From IMG/VR virus record IMGVR_UViG_3300033156_000215, positions 6,723 through 70,722 of that record: a stretch of 64,000 nt of DNA; one strand, 5' to 3'. This stretch comes from a virus. The position numbers and the translations under genes were made by a program. The notes below the pieces were generated by a model. The model had not been told where the DNA came from and did not search any database. It worked only from the letters and a program-made list of their open reading frames with translations. Positions 18,677-28,082 of this stretch are shown here, piece by piece; the stretch's first letter is position 1; each line of letters begins with the position of its first letter.

Positions 18677-20149
18677 CTAGTAAGCTAATTTACCATCTTC
18701 GTTGTTCAAATGGGATGTACCGACTACAAAGTAGTTTGAAGTATCGAACATATTGGATGCTATTATGCCACCTACTTGCATTTCCATGTTAGGTAAGGAA
18801 TATCTGATTTCTGTTACATAGAAGTCTGCATCTAGTCCTAGATGACTAGATTGCACAGTAATCAAATCTCCTAGTTCTAACAAAGGATTAGGCTTGAGCC
18901 CTGTTATCTGTACCGTTGCTAAAGGAGTAGTGATGTATCTGTTCTTGGACATATTAGCCAAAGCTTTAGCATGTTCTTCAGTTTGTACGTAGAAGTTTGT
19001 TTGTAGCCTATACACTCTGTCTACTTGAGCTGTATCTGTTTTATACTCTGAATCTGCTGCTCCTATTACAGGTATTCCATCAATGTCAAACTGGGTTAGG
19101 TAAATAGTCTCATTCTCGTTTGTATTTTCTATTGTCATATCCCAATGTTCTGCGTATCTATATCCATCGTCTATGTCTGGAGTACTGCTGTTATTGAATT
19201 GGATGTAATCACTCATATCCCTTCCGTCTGCACTCAAAGCCATAAAAGTAACTTGAGTAATATGGCATACTGGTTGATCAAATCTGAAAGTAGTTTCTAC
19301 TTGACCGTTTATCCCGTTGTATTTATTAGGTATTATTAGAGTCCTGTCTAGAGAAAATACATTATCTACTTTTCCTAGATATCTGGGTTGGAACGGTACG
19401 TAGACCTCGTCGTATTGATTGATTCTGCTGGATGTCACTAAGATGTTGGTACACATGTCTTCAGTAACAGTCCATTGAGAACTTTGATGTTCTGAATCTA
19501 TCGCCAGGTAGAAAGGTGGCCAGTAGTGAATCTTACCGTCTTCTCCTGCATAAACTATTCCACCTTCACTAGCTGCTGCTTCTATTGCTTGTTCCAGTAC
19601 CGCTTCGTCATCTAGCCAGAGAAATGGAATTGTAAAGAGTCCATATCCATGCTTTTCAAAATCCATCCCTGCTACAGTACTGATCACGTATTCCAGCCAT
19701 TCATCTATCCTCATATAAGTCTTTAGAGGAGTAGAAATACGCCTCTGTTGTAAATCTGTACCACCTATATCTCTGCACATTATATGCAATGTTTTAGTCG
19801 AGTCTTGTTCTGTAATATTGGTTATTTTCCCTAGGAAAACTAATACTCTAGATGTACCGTAGAAACCTATTTCTAGCTTGACTTGTTTGTCGTACAAGTT
19901 ATAGTTCTCTTTGAATCTACCGTAAGTTGCATCATTGTCTAATAAGTCAAAAGTTAGTTCTGTGCTTGTCTCATTACCTAAGGTCATAACTGAAGCGTTG
20001 TTATTCTTTAGTTTTGCTGCATAAGATACATTTGCTGCTGGAACCTCTACGAAGTTACTAGTACCTGTAAGATCTATATAAAGCTTAGATATTACTCTAA
20101 AATGAGTACCATTGACTATATTCTGAATTCCACCAGGGTCAGCCCTCAT
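18677..20149 (-). CDS. Tail hub (Tal/gp27-like) protein
   Basis: EAAASEGG.VY..EDG.IHY; NPLLELGDLITV C-terminal motif. Confidence 0.75.
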   Translation of the reverse strand: MRADPGGIQNIVNGTHFRVISKLYIDLTGTSNFVEVPAANVSYAAKLKNNNASVMTLGNETSTELTFDLLDNDATYGRFKENYNLYDKQVKLEIGFYGTSRVLVFLGKITNITEQDSTKTLHIMCRDIGGTDLQQRRISTPLKTYMRIDEWLEYVISTVAGMDFEKHGYGLFTIPFLWLDDEAVLEQAIEAAASEGGIVYAGEDGKIHYWPPFYLAIDSEHQSSQWTVTEDMCTNILVTSSRINQYDEVYVPFQPRYLGKVDNVFSLDRTLIIPNKYNGINGQVETTFRFDQPVCHITQVTFMALSADGRDMSDYIQFNNSSTPDIDDGYRYAEHWDMTIENTNENETIYLTQFDIDGIPVIGAADSEYKTDTAQVDRVYRLQTNFYVQTEEHAKALANMSKNRYITTPLATVQITGLKPNPLLELGDLITVQSSHLGLDADFYVTEIRYSLPNMEMQVGGIIASNMFDTSNYFVVGTSHLNNEDGKLAY

Positions 20150-20171
20150 ATAACGATCCTCAATTCCATAT

Positions 20172-20537
20172 TCATGTTAGTTTCCCAGTACTTATTTTAG
20201 CAACAACTTTGTATCTTGGTGGCATATCTCTAAGTGTTGTTATCTTTAGATCTATAACGTATCCGTTATAAGTAGTTCCTTCAGCGTTGCTACCAAATTC
20301 TATAGTTACAGGCATAGTCTGATTATAAGCCTGCTCGAACAGAGTTCTCTGAGAATCAGATAATATATCCCAAGTATATGTATAGATTTTTCTGTAGCTG
20401 CTTCTGGCAGTAATTGTTCTTAGATTATTAGCCTCAGTAAATTCGTTTACAGTACCTTCAATTCTCTCTTCGATATTAGAAGGCAAAGGCAACTCTACTG
20501 AACCTATAGCCATATTATTAGCACCAACAGCCATCAC
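20172..20537 (-). CDS. Distal tail protein-like
   Basis: VELPLPS...YTYTWDILS; follows the tape measure gene; resembles the next gene. Confidence 0.6.
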   Translation of the reverse strand: MMAVGANNMAIGSVELPLPSNIEERIEGTVNEFTEANNLRTITARSSYRKIYTYTWDILSDSQRTLFEQAYNQTMPVTIEFGSNAEGTTYNGYVIDLKITTLRDMPPRYKVVAKISTGKLT

Positions 20538-20543
20538 TCACTC

Positions 20544-20903
20544 CTAAGTAGTTGTATCTACAGCTACAATGTCGAAAGATACTGAGTAGTAATAAGTATC
20601 TGAACCTCTTGTCAAGTAGCTACATCTCCAATTCTGAGTATAAGCGTAATAAGGCCCAGTACCTTCAAGAGGTTGAAATTCTACTAACTGGAATCTAGCA
20701 TTTAGATATTGTGTTTCCAGAGTGCTCTTGTCTGAAGCATTTATAGGTTCCCATTCGTAATGGTATGTCCTTAGCTTCAAAGGACTCTCGTAGATTAAAG
20801 GAGCATTGGTAATAGTATCAACTACAGAGCGATTTGATATTTGTAACACTGGTGTTTCTCTCTTAGGAGCAGGTAAGGTTACTCCATTCAGTAATACGCT
20901 CAT
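20544..20903 (-). CDS. Distal tail protein-like
   Basis: LNGVTLPAP...YHYEW; directly after the tape measure gene. Confidence 0.6.
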   Translation of the reverse strand: MSVLLNGVTLPAPKRETPVLQISNRSVVDTITNAPLIYESPLKLRTYHYEWEPINASDKSTLETQYLNARFQLVEFQPLEGTGPYYAYTQNWRCSYLTRGSDTYYYSVSFDIVAVDTTT

Positions 20904-20910
20904 CTACTTT

Positions 20911-23900
20911 TTACTCCGGAATATTTCCAGGAATTCCTTCCTCTCCAGGAAGATTTCCTCCCTCTCCACCACCACCTTCTTCAGGCGGTTTAGCAGCGTT
21001 TCTAAGAGCATCCAACAGAGCTGAAATAATTCTAAAGTCACCGCTTATTATTGCATCTGTAACATAACCTATAAAACCAGCAGCGAAGAAATCAGCAGCT
21101 TTTTGAACTTGGGTTATATTATTCTCCACATCAGAGAACAAAGAATCAGCTAATACTCCCATGTAGCTAGCTTGTTCTAAATCTGTTTTTATAGTAGACG
21201 TAATCATATCAGAAGTCTGCAAGATAGCTTGAGCTTGTGGGCTAAGCTTTACACCTAGAGCTTGTTGTACCATAGCTGAAGTTACATCTAGACCAGCTTC
21301 TTTTGCTTTCTTCTTAGCAGTTTCGATAATTGCTGCCCAGTTGGCTTTGCTTGCAACTATTTCCTCTAGCCTGGCAAGGAATCCTTCCCAGTTTATAAGC
21401 TCAGGATGCATGCCCATGTCAAACTCATGAACTAACTGTGCAGCCCAAGCTCTAACTGCATCATTTCCTCTAGCAATTACTTCCGGAGGAGGTTGATACA
21501 TAGCAGCCCAAGGAGATTCCATACCACTTTTGACTATGGTTAGAATTCTTCTCTTTGCTTCATCCCAGACATCACGTCTACCGAATCCTGTCTCTTGTGC
21601 AAAGTTTCTTCCCATCTTGTCATACGCAGTAGTCATTTCATCCATCCACTGCGTAAAGTCAAACGTCATTGTAGGTTCTAAGGCTTCCTTTATTAAACCT
21701 TCCCAACTCTTGATAAGATTTTCTATCTCTTTCTTGGCATTGCCAGCTTTCTTAGGCAAATATCCTAATTGCTGGTTCACTCCTTCTACAGCATCATCTA
21801 ATTTCTTTGCACCTTCAGCAGACTCTTCAACTTTAGGTATATTTACAGTTAAAGCATCGGTACTCTCTTTTAAAGTTTCAACAAACTGACGTTGAGTCTC
21901 CATAGCTTTTCGTCTAGCTTCGTTTGCCTCTTCTTCAGCCTTTGTCCTTCTTGCTAGCTCTTCCTCAGAACGAGTCATGCCTTTCCTTATTTCGCTGATA
22001 TTGTGTCTAACTTTATTGAAATTATCTATTGCTTCCGATACATCTGGAAGGTGACCAGGGAAAGAATCAAAAACTTTATATAGCCCCCACAACCTGTCTT
22101 CGAAGGATTTGGTAGAATCGGTTACTTCTCCCCATCCTTCCTTGAATTGGCCAAAATCAAAAGCTAAGCCAAGATTGGTCATCATCTCATGAAGGGTTCT
22201 CACCATATCGAATATGTTGTTAATTATGCTCACAAGCTTTTTGAAATCTTCTATTGCAGAGGCTACAAAGTTCCTAATCTTGACTAACCAATAAGCAGTC
22301 TCACCAGCTACTTTTACTGAGATTTCGCCAAATGATTGTTTTCCTTCAACTTCAACTGAATCCAAGTTATCTATGACATTTCCTAGAATCATCGAAGCTA
22401 CTGTTGAGATTCCGTTGAATACTCCAGTAACATAAGCAAGTATTCGCTCAAATACGTTTACAGCTACTCTTCGAACTTTCTCCCAATCTATGTTTTCTAG
22501 TTTCTCAGAGATGGTATTAGTAATAGTTGTAACAACTGCAAGAATTCTAGGAGCTATATCTGAGAAAACACCAGTAATAGCTTCTCCCAAACCAGACATA
22601 CTATTAACTAAGTTAAGTAGACTATCAGTAACTACTTCAAAATCAATCCCTGCTAAAGCTCGTTTGAATCCTTCGGCTAGCGAAAGAATTTTTTCAGCTA
22701 GCACACCTAAAACTGGAGTAATAGCTCTAGCCAACGGTTCGAATATTTCGCTGCTAAGGGCTTGATACGCAGATTTGACAGCATTAGCTCCAGCTGTTAA
22801 ACTTTTCTCATAGATTTCTACCGAATTAGCACTAGCTTCAAGAATTGCATTATTCGCAAGCTGAATAGCATTAGCCCTCGTAATCTCATCGCTAACCTTA
22901 CCAATAGCAATGCCATACTCTCTCAACGAAGCAAGGTTCTGATTTCTTGTTCCTATAGCTGAGGTGTAGATTTTAGCTGCCTCAGCTTCTGTTATATTCA
23001 GCTTTGCTGCTAGAGCATTTACTACTTCTAAGTTATCAGACGTAAGCAAAGAGGATTTAGCCAGAGTATACATTGCTTCGCTTACATCGTCAACAGGTCT
23101 ACTGAACTTGGTAGCATAAGCTATAGCACTTTCCCAGATTTGATTACCTTTTTCTAAATCTCCAACAAAAGTTAGTAGTGAAGTTTTAGCTTCATCTACA
23201 GCAGCTCCTGTTTCGAGAAGCTTGGAAACTAATGCTCCTAATCTTTCTCCTAAAGATCCTAATACTGACAAAACACTTTGAACTACATTTCCTAGTAAAC
23301 CGATTGCGCTAGTTACTAATCCTATTACTCCCTTGACAGCAGCAAATGCAGCACCAAGCGCTAGGCCAGCGCCTACAAATCCTAGTGATGAGGTAGTAGC
23401 AAAGAGAACGCTCATAGCCATCCCAAGGATAGAGCCTTGTGCAGCAGAGCTAAAAGCCATGATCCCTTGCATCACGTGACCTAGTCTGCTATATATCATC
23501 ATCTGACCACGCTGTGCTTGTTGTTGCTCTCTTATTGCTTGTTGTTGTGCTCTTTCTGCTGTTGATACTTCTCTCATTGATTGTGCAGCTTCAGCTGCTT
23601 CTTGTTGCAACTTGTTGAATTGCTCTGCTTGTGCTTCGAGAACGCTATACATCTCCTCAGCTACTTTTCTGTAGTTTCCAGTCTGTTGCATGAGATTCTC
23701 TAGTTCTTCGGCAGCTTCTGGAGGTACTTCGTAGTCTCGATAAATCTTGGCAATATCCTTTCCGCTTTTGACTAGAGCTTCTTGTATTTTCTGAATCCTG
23801 CGCATGTTAGTTTCGAGATTTCTAGGCGTGATTCTGGTGAAGTTCTTCCCCATCTGAATTATGGCATCTTCCAATTGTTTGACAGGTTGTACAGCTTTCT

Positions 23901-24111
23901 TCAGTTCTTTGGACAGTCCAACATCTTCCAAGTCCTTTGCCATCTCTTTGATGGAGGAAGAGAAATCTTTTATTTCAGGAGCTTTGACAGCCCATTGCTG
24001 ACTAGCAATCTTCTTGGTTTCGAGAATACGTCTTTGTATGGCATTTAGATCTTCTTTTACTTTCTGAGCATTGCTTTTGAAATTAAAGCTAACAGTATAA
24101 TTAGTAGCCAT
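20911..24111 (-). CDS. Tape measure protein
   Basis: 1066 aa, helical Ala/Gly-rich, hydrophobic central segment, L+EYGI.I motif; follows the tail chaperones. Confidence 0.88.
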   Translation of the reverse strand: MATNYTVSFNFKSNAQKVKEDLNAIQRRILETKKIASQQWAVKAPEIKDFSSSIKEMAKDLEDVGLSKELKKAVQPVKQLEDAIIQMGKNFTRITPRNLETNMRRIQKIQEALVKSGKDIAKIYRDYEVPPEAAEELENLMQQTGNYRKVAEEMYSVLEAQAEQFNKLQQEAAEAAQSMREVSTAERAQQQAIREQQQAQRGQMMIYSRLGHVMQGIMAFSSAAQGSILGMAMSVLFATTSSLGFVGAGLALGAAFAAVKGVIGLVTSAIGLLGNVVQSVLSVLGSLGERLGALVSKLLETGAAVDEAKTSLLTFVGDLEKGNQIWESAIAYATKFSRPVDDVSEAMYTLAKSSLLTSDNLEVVNALAAKLNITEAEAAKIYTSAIGTRNQNLASLREYGIAIGKVSDEITRANAIQLANNAILEASANSVEIYEKSLTAGANAVKSAYQALSSEIFEPLARAITPVLGVLAEKILSLAEGFKRALAGIDFEVVTDSLLNLVNSMSGLGEAITGVFSDIAPRILAVVTTITNTISEKLENIDWEKVRRVAVNVFERILAYVTGVFNGISTVASMILGNVIDNLDSVEVEGKQSFGEISVKVAGETAYWLVKIRNFVASAIEDFKKLVSIINNIFDMVRTLHEMMTNLGLAFDFGQFKEGWGEVTDSTKSFEDRLWGLYKVFDSFPGHLPDVSEAIDNFNKVRHNISEIRKGMTRSEEELARRTKAEEEANEARRKAMETQRQFVETLKESTDALTVNIPKVEESAEGAKKLDDAVEGVNQQLGYLPKKAGNAKKEIENLIKSWEGLIKEALEPTMTFDFTQWMDEMTTAYDKMGRNFAQETGFGRRDVWDEAKRRILTIVKSGMESPWAAMYQPPPEVIARGNDAVRAWAAQLVHEFDMGMHPELINWEGFLARLEEIVASKANWAAIIETAKKKAKEAGLDVTSAMVQQALGVKLSPQAQAILQTSDMITSTIKTDLEQASYMGVLADSLFSDVENNITQVQKAADFFAAGFIGYVTDAIISGDFRIISALLDALRNAAKPPEEGGGGEGGNLPGEEGIPGNIPE

Positions 24112-24117
24112 AAAACA

Positions 24118-24594
24118 CTACCTGATAAACATAGTAGGATTGAGATTTCGAAGAGTCTTGTTTACGACATATTCTACATCATCTTCAGTTAGTCTTTGAG
24201 ATGCAGGTTTACCTTTGATTCCCTTCCTGCGTATTGTTTTGATAATAGCTTCAGGGGGAAGACCTCTGTACTCAGCCCATTGCCTTACTCGTTCTTGAGC
24301 CTCTCTACCAAGTAGTATTGCACCTGTTCCTTCTTCAATTACAGGAACATACACTTCCAGAGGTCTCCCTTGTCCCCCTCTGCCAGGTTTAGGCCCAATC
24401 GTGAGATTACCATTACCTTCTGGTGTGATGTTTTTGTTTAGAGTAGAAATACTTCTGTACAAGGCACCAGTAAACCTGAAAGGGTAGACCATATCCTTGA
24501 TATGTTTTATGGTCTCCCTCTCTAAATTATCTATTGCTTTTGTAAGATCAATAATAGGCAACTTGCCAGATATTTCTACATCTACTTCAATCAT
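24118..24594 (-). CDS. HK97 gp10-like neck/tail completion protein
   Basis: P..TG.L.RSI, Y...IEEGT, I.R.GIK..P. Confidence 0.7.
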   Translation of the reverse strand: MIEVDVEISGKLPIIDLTKAIDNLERETIKHIKDMVYPFRFTGALYRSISTLNKNITPEGNGNLTIGPKPGRGGQGRPLEVYVPVIEEGTGAILLGREAQERVRQWAEYRGLPPEAIIKTIRRKGIKGKPASQRLTEDDVEYVVNKTLRNLNPTMFIR

Positions 24595-24846
24595 CTAAAG
24601 AGTCCTCTTTCTATGCTTCTGCTTTTGTCTTTCCCTCTTGATTAATCTCTTATCAGCTTCTGCTCTTACTTCTGAATAGGTAAGAACACATTGAATGGCG
24701 TAGCTAGGAGTTCTCATGACTTCTTCAAAAGTCCAGCCTAGCTCCTTCATCAGCATTCCCTCTATAAGCCAGGGTTCAGGAGCCAGGTCAGGCATATCTC
24801 CACAGAGCCATCTTATCGCTTTGTTTTTGTCTTTAGCTTTTTTTGG
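24595..24846 (-). CDS. Tail assembly chaperone C-terminal extension (gpT-like), probably reached by frameshift
   Basis: L.KELGWTFEEV..TP motif; this frame is open from just upstream of the CCC AAA AAA A site. Confidence 0.65.
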   Translation of the reverse strand, partial: PKKAKDKNKAIRWLCGDMPDLAPEPWLIEGMLMKELGWTFEEVMRTPSYAIQCVLTYSEVRAEADKRLIKRERQKQKHRKRTL

Positions 24847-25159
24847 GCACTACCTCTTGGTTGCTAAGCTTATCTGTTATGTGATTTACCAGAATAGCAG
24901 GTAGTTTCAGAATCGAATTCTCATCTTCTTTAGGTATTGGTAACTTCTCTCCTGTTTCTGGATCCTCTAGGTTCCAGTCGATGATAGTCTGCTTCAACAA
25001 GTCGAGGAATGAAGAATCGTCCTCAGGATTATCAGGAAGACTTCTGATAGTAGCATACGGAAGAGCTTGGACAGGAAGAGCTTCTACCCACTTTCCCTTT
25101 AGACCAAACTCATCCAGTTCGATCCTGAACTTCATTCTCTCGACAAATTGCTTCCACAT
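24833..25159 (-). CDS. Tail assembly chaperone (gpG-like)
   Basis: IIDWNLED...GE.LP....I.KLP; ends in PKKS with a poly-A slippery run. Confidence 0.8.
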   Translation of the reverse strand: MWKQFVERMKFRIELDEFGLKGKWVEALPVQALPYATIRSLPDNPEDDSSFLDLLKQTIIDWNLEDPETGEKLPIPKEDENSILKLPAILVNHITDKLSNQEVVPKKS

Positions 25160-25412
25160 ATTCTCTACTCCTCTTTGGAATAAGTATTTGGGTTAATTCA
25201 TCCTTATGCTTCTTTAGCAAAATATCAACCTGCTTTAGCTGATGAATGAGCAAGATGTCATTTAGCGTTCCAGCAGGATAATAAACTTCTTGACCTATCC
25301 TTGAAGGTTTAGGTATAAGATTCTTTTCAGCCCAGTAGCGTAACTGTCTTTCAGTTACTTGTACTCCTAATTCTCTAAGTATGCCTAACAGTTCTTGTCT
25401 AGACAATGACAT
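25110..25412 (-). CDS. MerR-family HTH DNA-binding protein
   Basis: VTERQLRYWAEKNLIPKP.R....YY. Confidence 0.75.
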   Translation of the reverse strand: MSLSRQELLGILRELGVQVTERQLRYWAEKNLIPKPSRIGQEVYYPAGTLNDILLIHQLKQVDILLKKHKDELTQILIPKRSREYVEAICRENEVQDRTG

Positions 25413-25435
25413 TTTTTGTCAGTTCCTGTTCAAAG

Positions 25436-25462
25436 GTAAAGCCACTATTTTGTGGCTCTACC
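25436..25462 (-). terminator. Possible terminator/stem-loop after the tail tube gene
   Basis: GGTAaAGCCAC/GTGGCTcTACC inverted repeat. Confidence 0.4.
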
Positions 25463-25470
25463 TCTTAGTA

Positions 25471-26394
25471 CTAGTAGCTTGAAGTATTATTTGCAAGTAT
25501 TACTCTACAAGGGCCAGAGTCTGTAGTATTAGATATACATCGCCAATTTAGCGTCAGTCTCAAGTCAACTTCATCCCTGCTAATCTCAGCAGGTTCAGAG
25601 CTAAACGATACGTTGCCAGATGTGAAAGTAAACGTATTAGTACCACTTGTGAATGTCACGTCCATCGTAGCTGTAGTGTTATTCAAATAACGGTTGAGAT
25701 CGTCTGCACTATCAAAGATAATTACCATGTTTCCAGCAGCTTCCATAGGCCCAGCATAGATGCTATAAGGAGCTTGAGTATTAGAAGCTGTGTAAACAAT
25801 GCTTGCTTCCCTGGTAAGGGTAGCTTCGAAAGTAATGACTTTGGCAAAGGAAGAGCTATCAAGTTCGATAGAAGCTTGCCAACCGATGTACGGATCATCT
25901 GTCGAAGCTGCCTCAACAGATAGCGTAGACGTGGTGTAATCCTTACCGACTAGACTAGCAGACCAGTTTAGAAAGTCTTCAGCAGCATTGAACGTGATGC
26001 CAAACTCTGACACTCTTAGTCCTCGCATCATCAGAGTCTGCACACCATTTTCATCCAAGATTGCTAGCGATGTCGGATCTTGAGCCATAGTGAAAGTGTG
26101 CGTGTAAGGAGTCTCAGTTCCAGACGTAGTTACACTACCAAACAAGCCAAGCAAGACGTAACCGATCTCATCAGGATAGACATGACCTTCTACATCAAAT
26201 TCTACCCTGAAGACACCTTGGTAGATACCAAAGTCAGCACCAAACTCTCCACGCAAACTCTGGTCTCTGAGAAGTTCATAAGTTATAGGACTGTAGGAAA
26301 AAGGTTCGATGGGAAGGTTTATGAATGTAGTTGCTCCACCGCCCCATGAACTCTCTTTATTTATTCCCAATTTAGACAAAGCTGAAAGTACCAT
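25471..26394 (-). CDS. Major tail tube protein
   Basis: LGI.KES.WG, G..L.GLFG, YTHTFT; 307 aa. Confidence 0.85.
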   Translation of the reverse strand: MVLSALSKLGINKESSWGGGATTFINLPIEPFSYSPITYELLRDQSLRGEFGADFGIYQGVFRVEFDVEGHVYPDEIGYVLLGLFGSVTTSGTETPYTHTFTMAQDPTSLAILDENGVQTLMMRGLRVSEFGITFNAAEDFLNWSASLVGKDYTTSTLSVEAASTDDPYIGWQASIELDSSSFAKVITFEATLTREASIVYTASNTQAPYSIYAGPMEAAGNMVIIFDSADDLNRYLNNTTATMDVTFTSGTNTFTFTSGNVSFSSEPAEISRDEVDLRLTLNWRCISNTTDSGPCRVILANNTSSY

Positions 26395-26408
26395 TTAAAC
26401 CTCCAAGG

Positions 26409-26858
26409 TTACACGTAAGAGATAGTCTTTATCTCTCTTACAGTAAATGTTATAGTTACATGATAACACAACCTATCCGCTAATGCTGCAAGTTCTGTTT
26501 CAGCACTTGGTGGCATCAGAATATAATTTCCACCAGAAAGTAGAGATATATTCTTAGCCAATTCAAACAAAACGTTGTCTACAAGCGTATCAAAAGCTGA
26601 AGCAGTAGACATTGAAACAAAACCATCTATAGCTACTGTGTTATCAAAGAACACTCTTTGTGAAGCAGCTCCTTCTCTGATTATTTCAGCTCTACGCCTA
26701 CTTATAAACCAAACATTGATACGGTTATTTGAATCGAGTGCGTAATTGGTTATGAATTGATCAAGAGTTGGCGTAGGAACTGGATCTGTAACTACGTTTT
26801 CTACGTCAGATACGTTTCCTAGTATTGTCGCTACATTAGTAATAATTTCATCAATCAT
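26409..26858 (-). CDS. Tail terminator-like protein
   Basis: Position before the tube gene; FD.LVD.V, C.H..I...V.E. Confidence 0.65.
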   Translation of the reverse strand: MIDEIITNVATILGNVSDVENVVTDPVPTPTLDQFITNYALDSNNRINVWFISRRRAEIIREGAASQRVFFDNTVAIDGFVSMSTASAFDTLVDNVLFELAKNISLLSGGNYILMPPSAETELAALADRLCYHVTITFTVREIKTISYV

Positions 26859-27517
26859 TCATCAATACTCCAATCAGTTATGCCGTAGACTGCATTATAG
26901 TCTGTAAGCTTAGGCATTGTTTTTTGCTGATATAGAGCAGCAGGAGCAGCTCGTCCACTAGCAATATCTATTCCAGTTCTAATTGTAAATGTGCTCATGA
27001 AATTCTTTCTAGCGTTTGTATATTCGCTAGATTTAGTTCTCCACACTCCAGACAGAGTGCTAACAACATCATCTATTGAACCTGCGTATTTAGCTGCTAG
27101 CTGGTCACAAACTAAAGCAGCAGCCAATATAGCTACTGACTCAGCATCGTAATCCGATAGAGTATCCTCAGTCCACAATGCAGTATAAGAGAGATTGAAG
27201 TCATCCTCTATCGCATACTTGAACTTAAGTTTCTTTCCTGTAGGTGTGTAGTAGATATTATAGTAATCTGTTGATAGGATTTCAGGTGGATGCTGATTCA
27301 GAGGATATTCGATTTGAAGTATCTTACTAAATTGGTCTACCCAATTATCCGGCAAGTCAAAATCATAGGTAGATGAACTTACGGTGTACTTTTCGGTTAT
27401 TACTCTGGGACTATATCTTGAAAACACGGCAATAGCGGAAGTAACATAAGAAGCAACTGTTACTCCCTCAGTAGCAGCTTGTGGTAATAGCTCGTTCACA
27501 CGATCTGCAATAGCCAA
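26855..27517 (-). CDS. Head-tail adaptor/connector protein
   Basis: A+..FSRY.P, IEYP....PP, LAAA..C..LA..YA; follows the capsid genes. Confidence 0.7.
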   Translation of the reverse strand: MAIADRVNELLPQAATEGVTVASYVTSAIAVFSRYSPRVITEKYTVSSSTYDFDLPDNWVDQFSKILQIEYPLNQHPPEILSTDYYNIYYTPTGKKLKFKYAIEDDFNLSYTALWTEDTLSDYDAESVAILAAALVCDQLAAKYAGSIDDVVSTLSGVWRTKSSEYTNARKNFMSTFTIRTGIDIASGRAAPAALYQQKTMPKLTDYNAVYGITDWSIDE

Positions 27518-27616
27518 AGTCTAATCCTCGCTCTAGATATAAAAAGAGAGTAAACTTGTTCACGTTATACGTGTGTAGTTCTCTGTCTCAGTAAAAATTT
27601 TTCTTGATTATTTAGT

Positions 27617-28006
27617 CTAACGAGGTTGATAATCAAAAATCAATGAAAGATTGGTCAAACCTACACCACTACCTTCTTGAGCAATGACCAGCTTCAAGAC
27701 TTCACCTTCGTCAATATCGGTAGCAGACACAAGGCTGGTAACTGTGTTAGCTGCCAGAGCTGTAGTATTGGTACCAAACGAACCAAACGAAGTCGTGCCA
27801 GTACCAGTAGTGCCTCCGTTCGTAAACGTCAGCGTTGCGTAGTCTGAAGAGTTAGAGGCAGCAGTAGCTGACACAACACCCTTGATTGCAACTTTAGCAT
27901 CGTAAGGGGCCTTGAACACGAAACCTGTAAAAGACCCACCAGCAGTAACACTACCAATATATTGCACTTGACTAAGCGTGCCAGGAATATCATGTATCCT
28001 AGACAT
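27617..28006 (-). CDS. Capsid decoration/cement protein
   Basis: Small beta-rich S/T/G/A-rich protein directly after the major capsid gene, strong RBS GGAGG. Confidence 0.7.
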   Translation of the reverse strand: MSRIHDIPGTLSQVQYIGSVTAGGSFTGFVFKAPYDAKVAIKGVVSATAASNSSDYATLTFTNGGTTGTGTTSFGSFGTNTTALAANTVTSLVSATDIDEGEVLKLVIAQEGSGVGLTNLSLIFDYQPR

Positions 28007-28082
28007 TTATTAATCCTCCAATTCGAAATCTACCCACCTAATCCCACCCTCTCATCGCTGAGCACTCAACCCATCATCGGGT

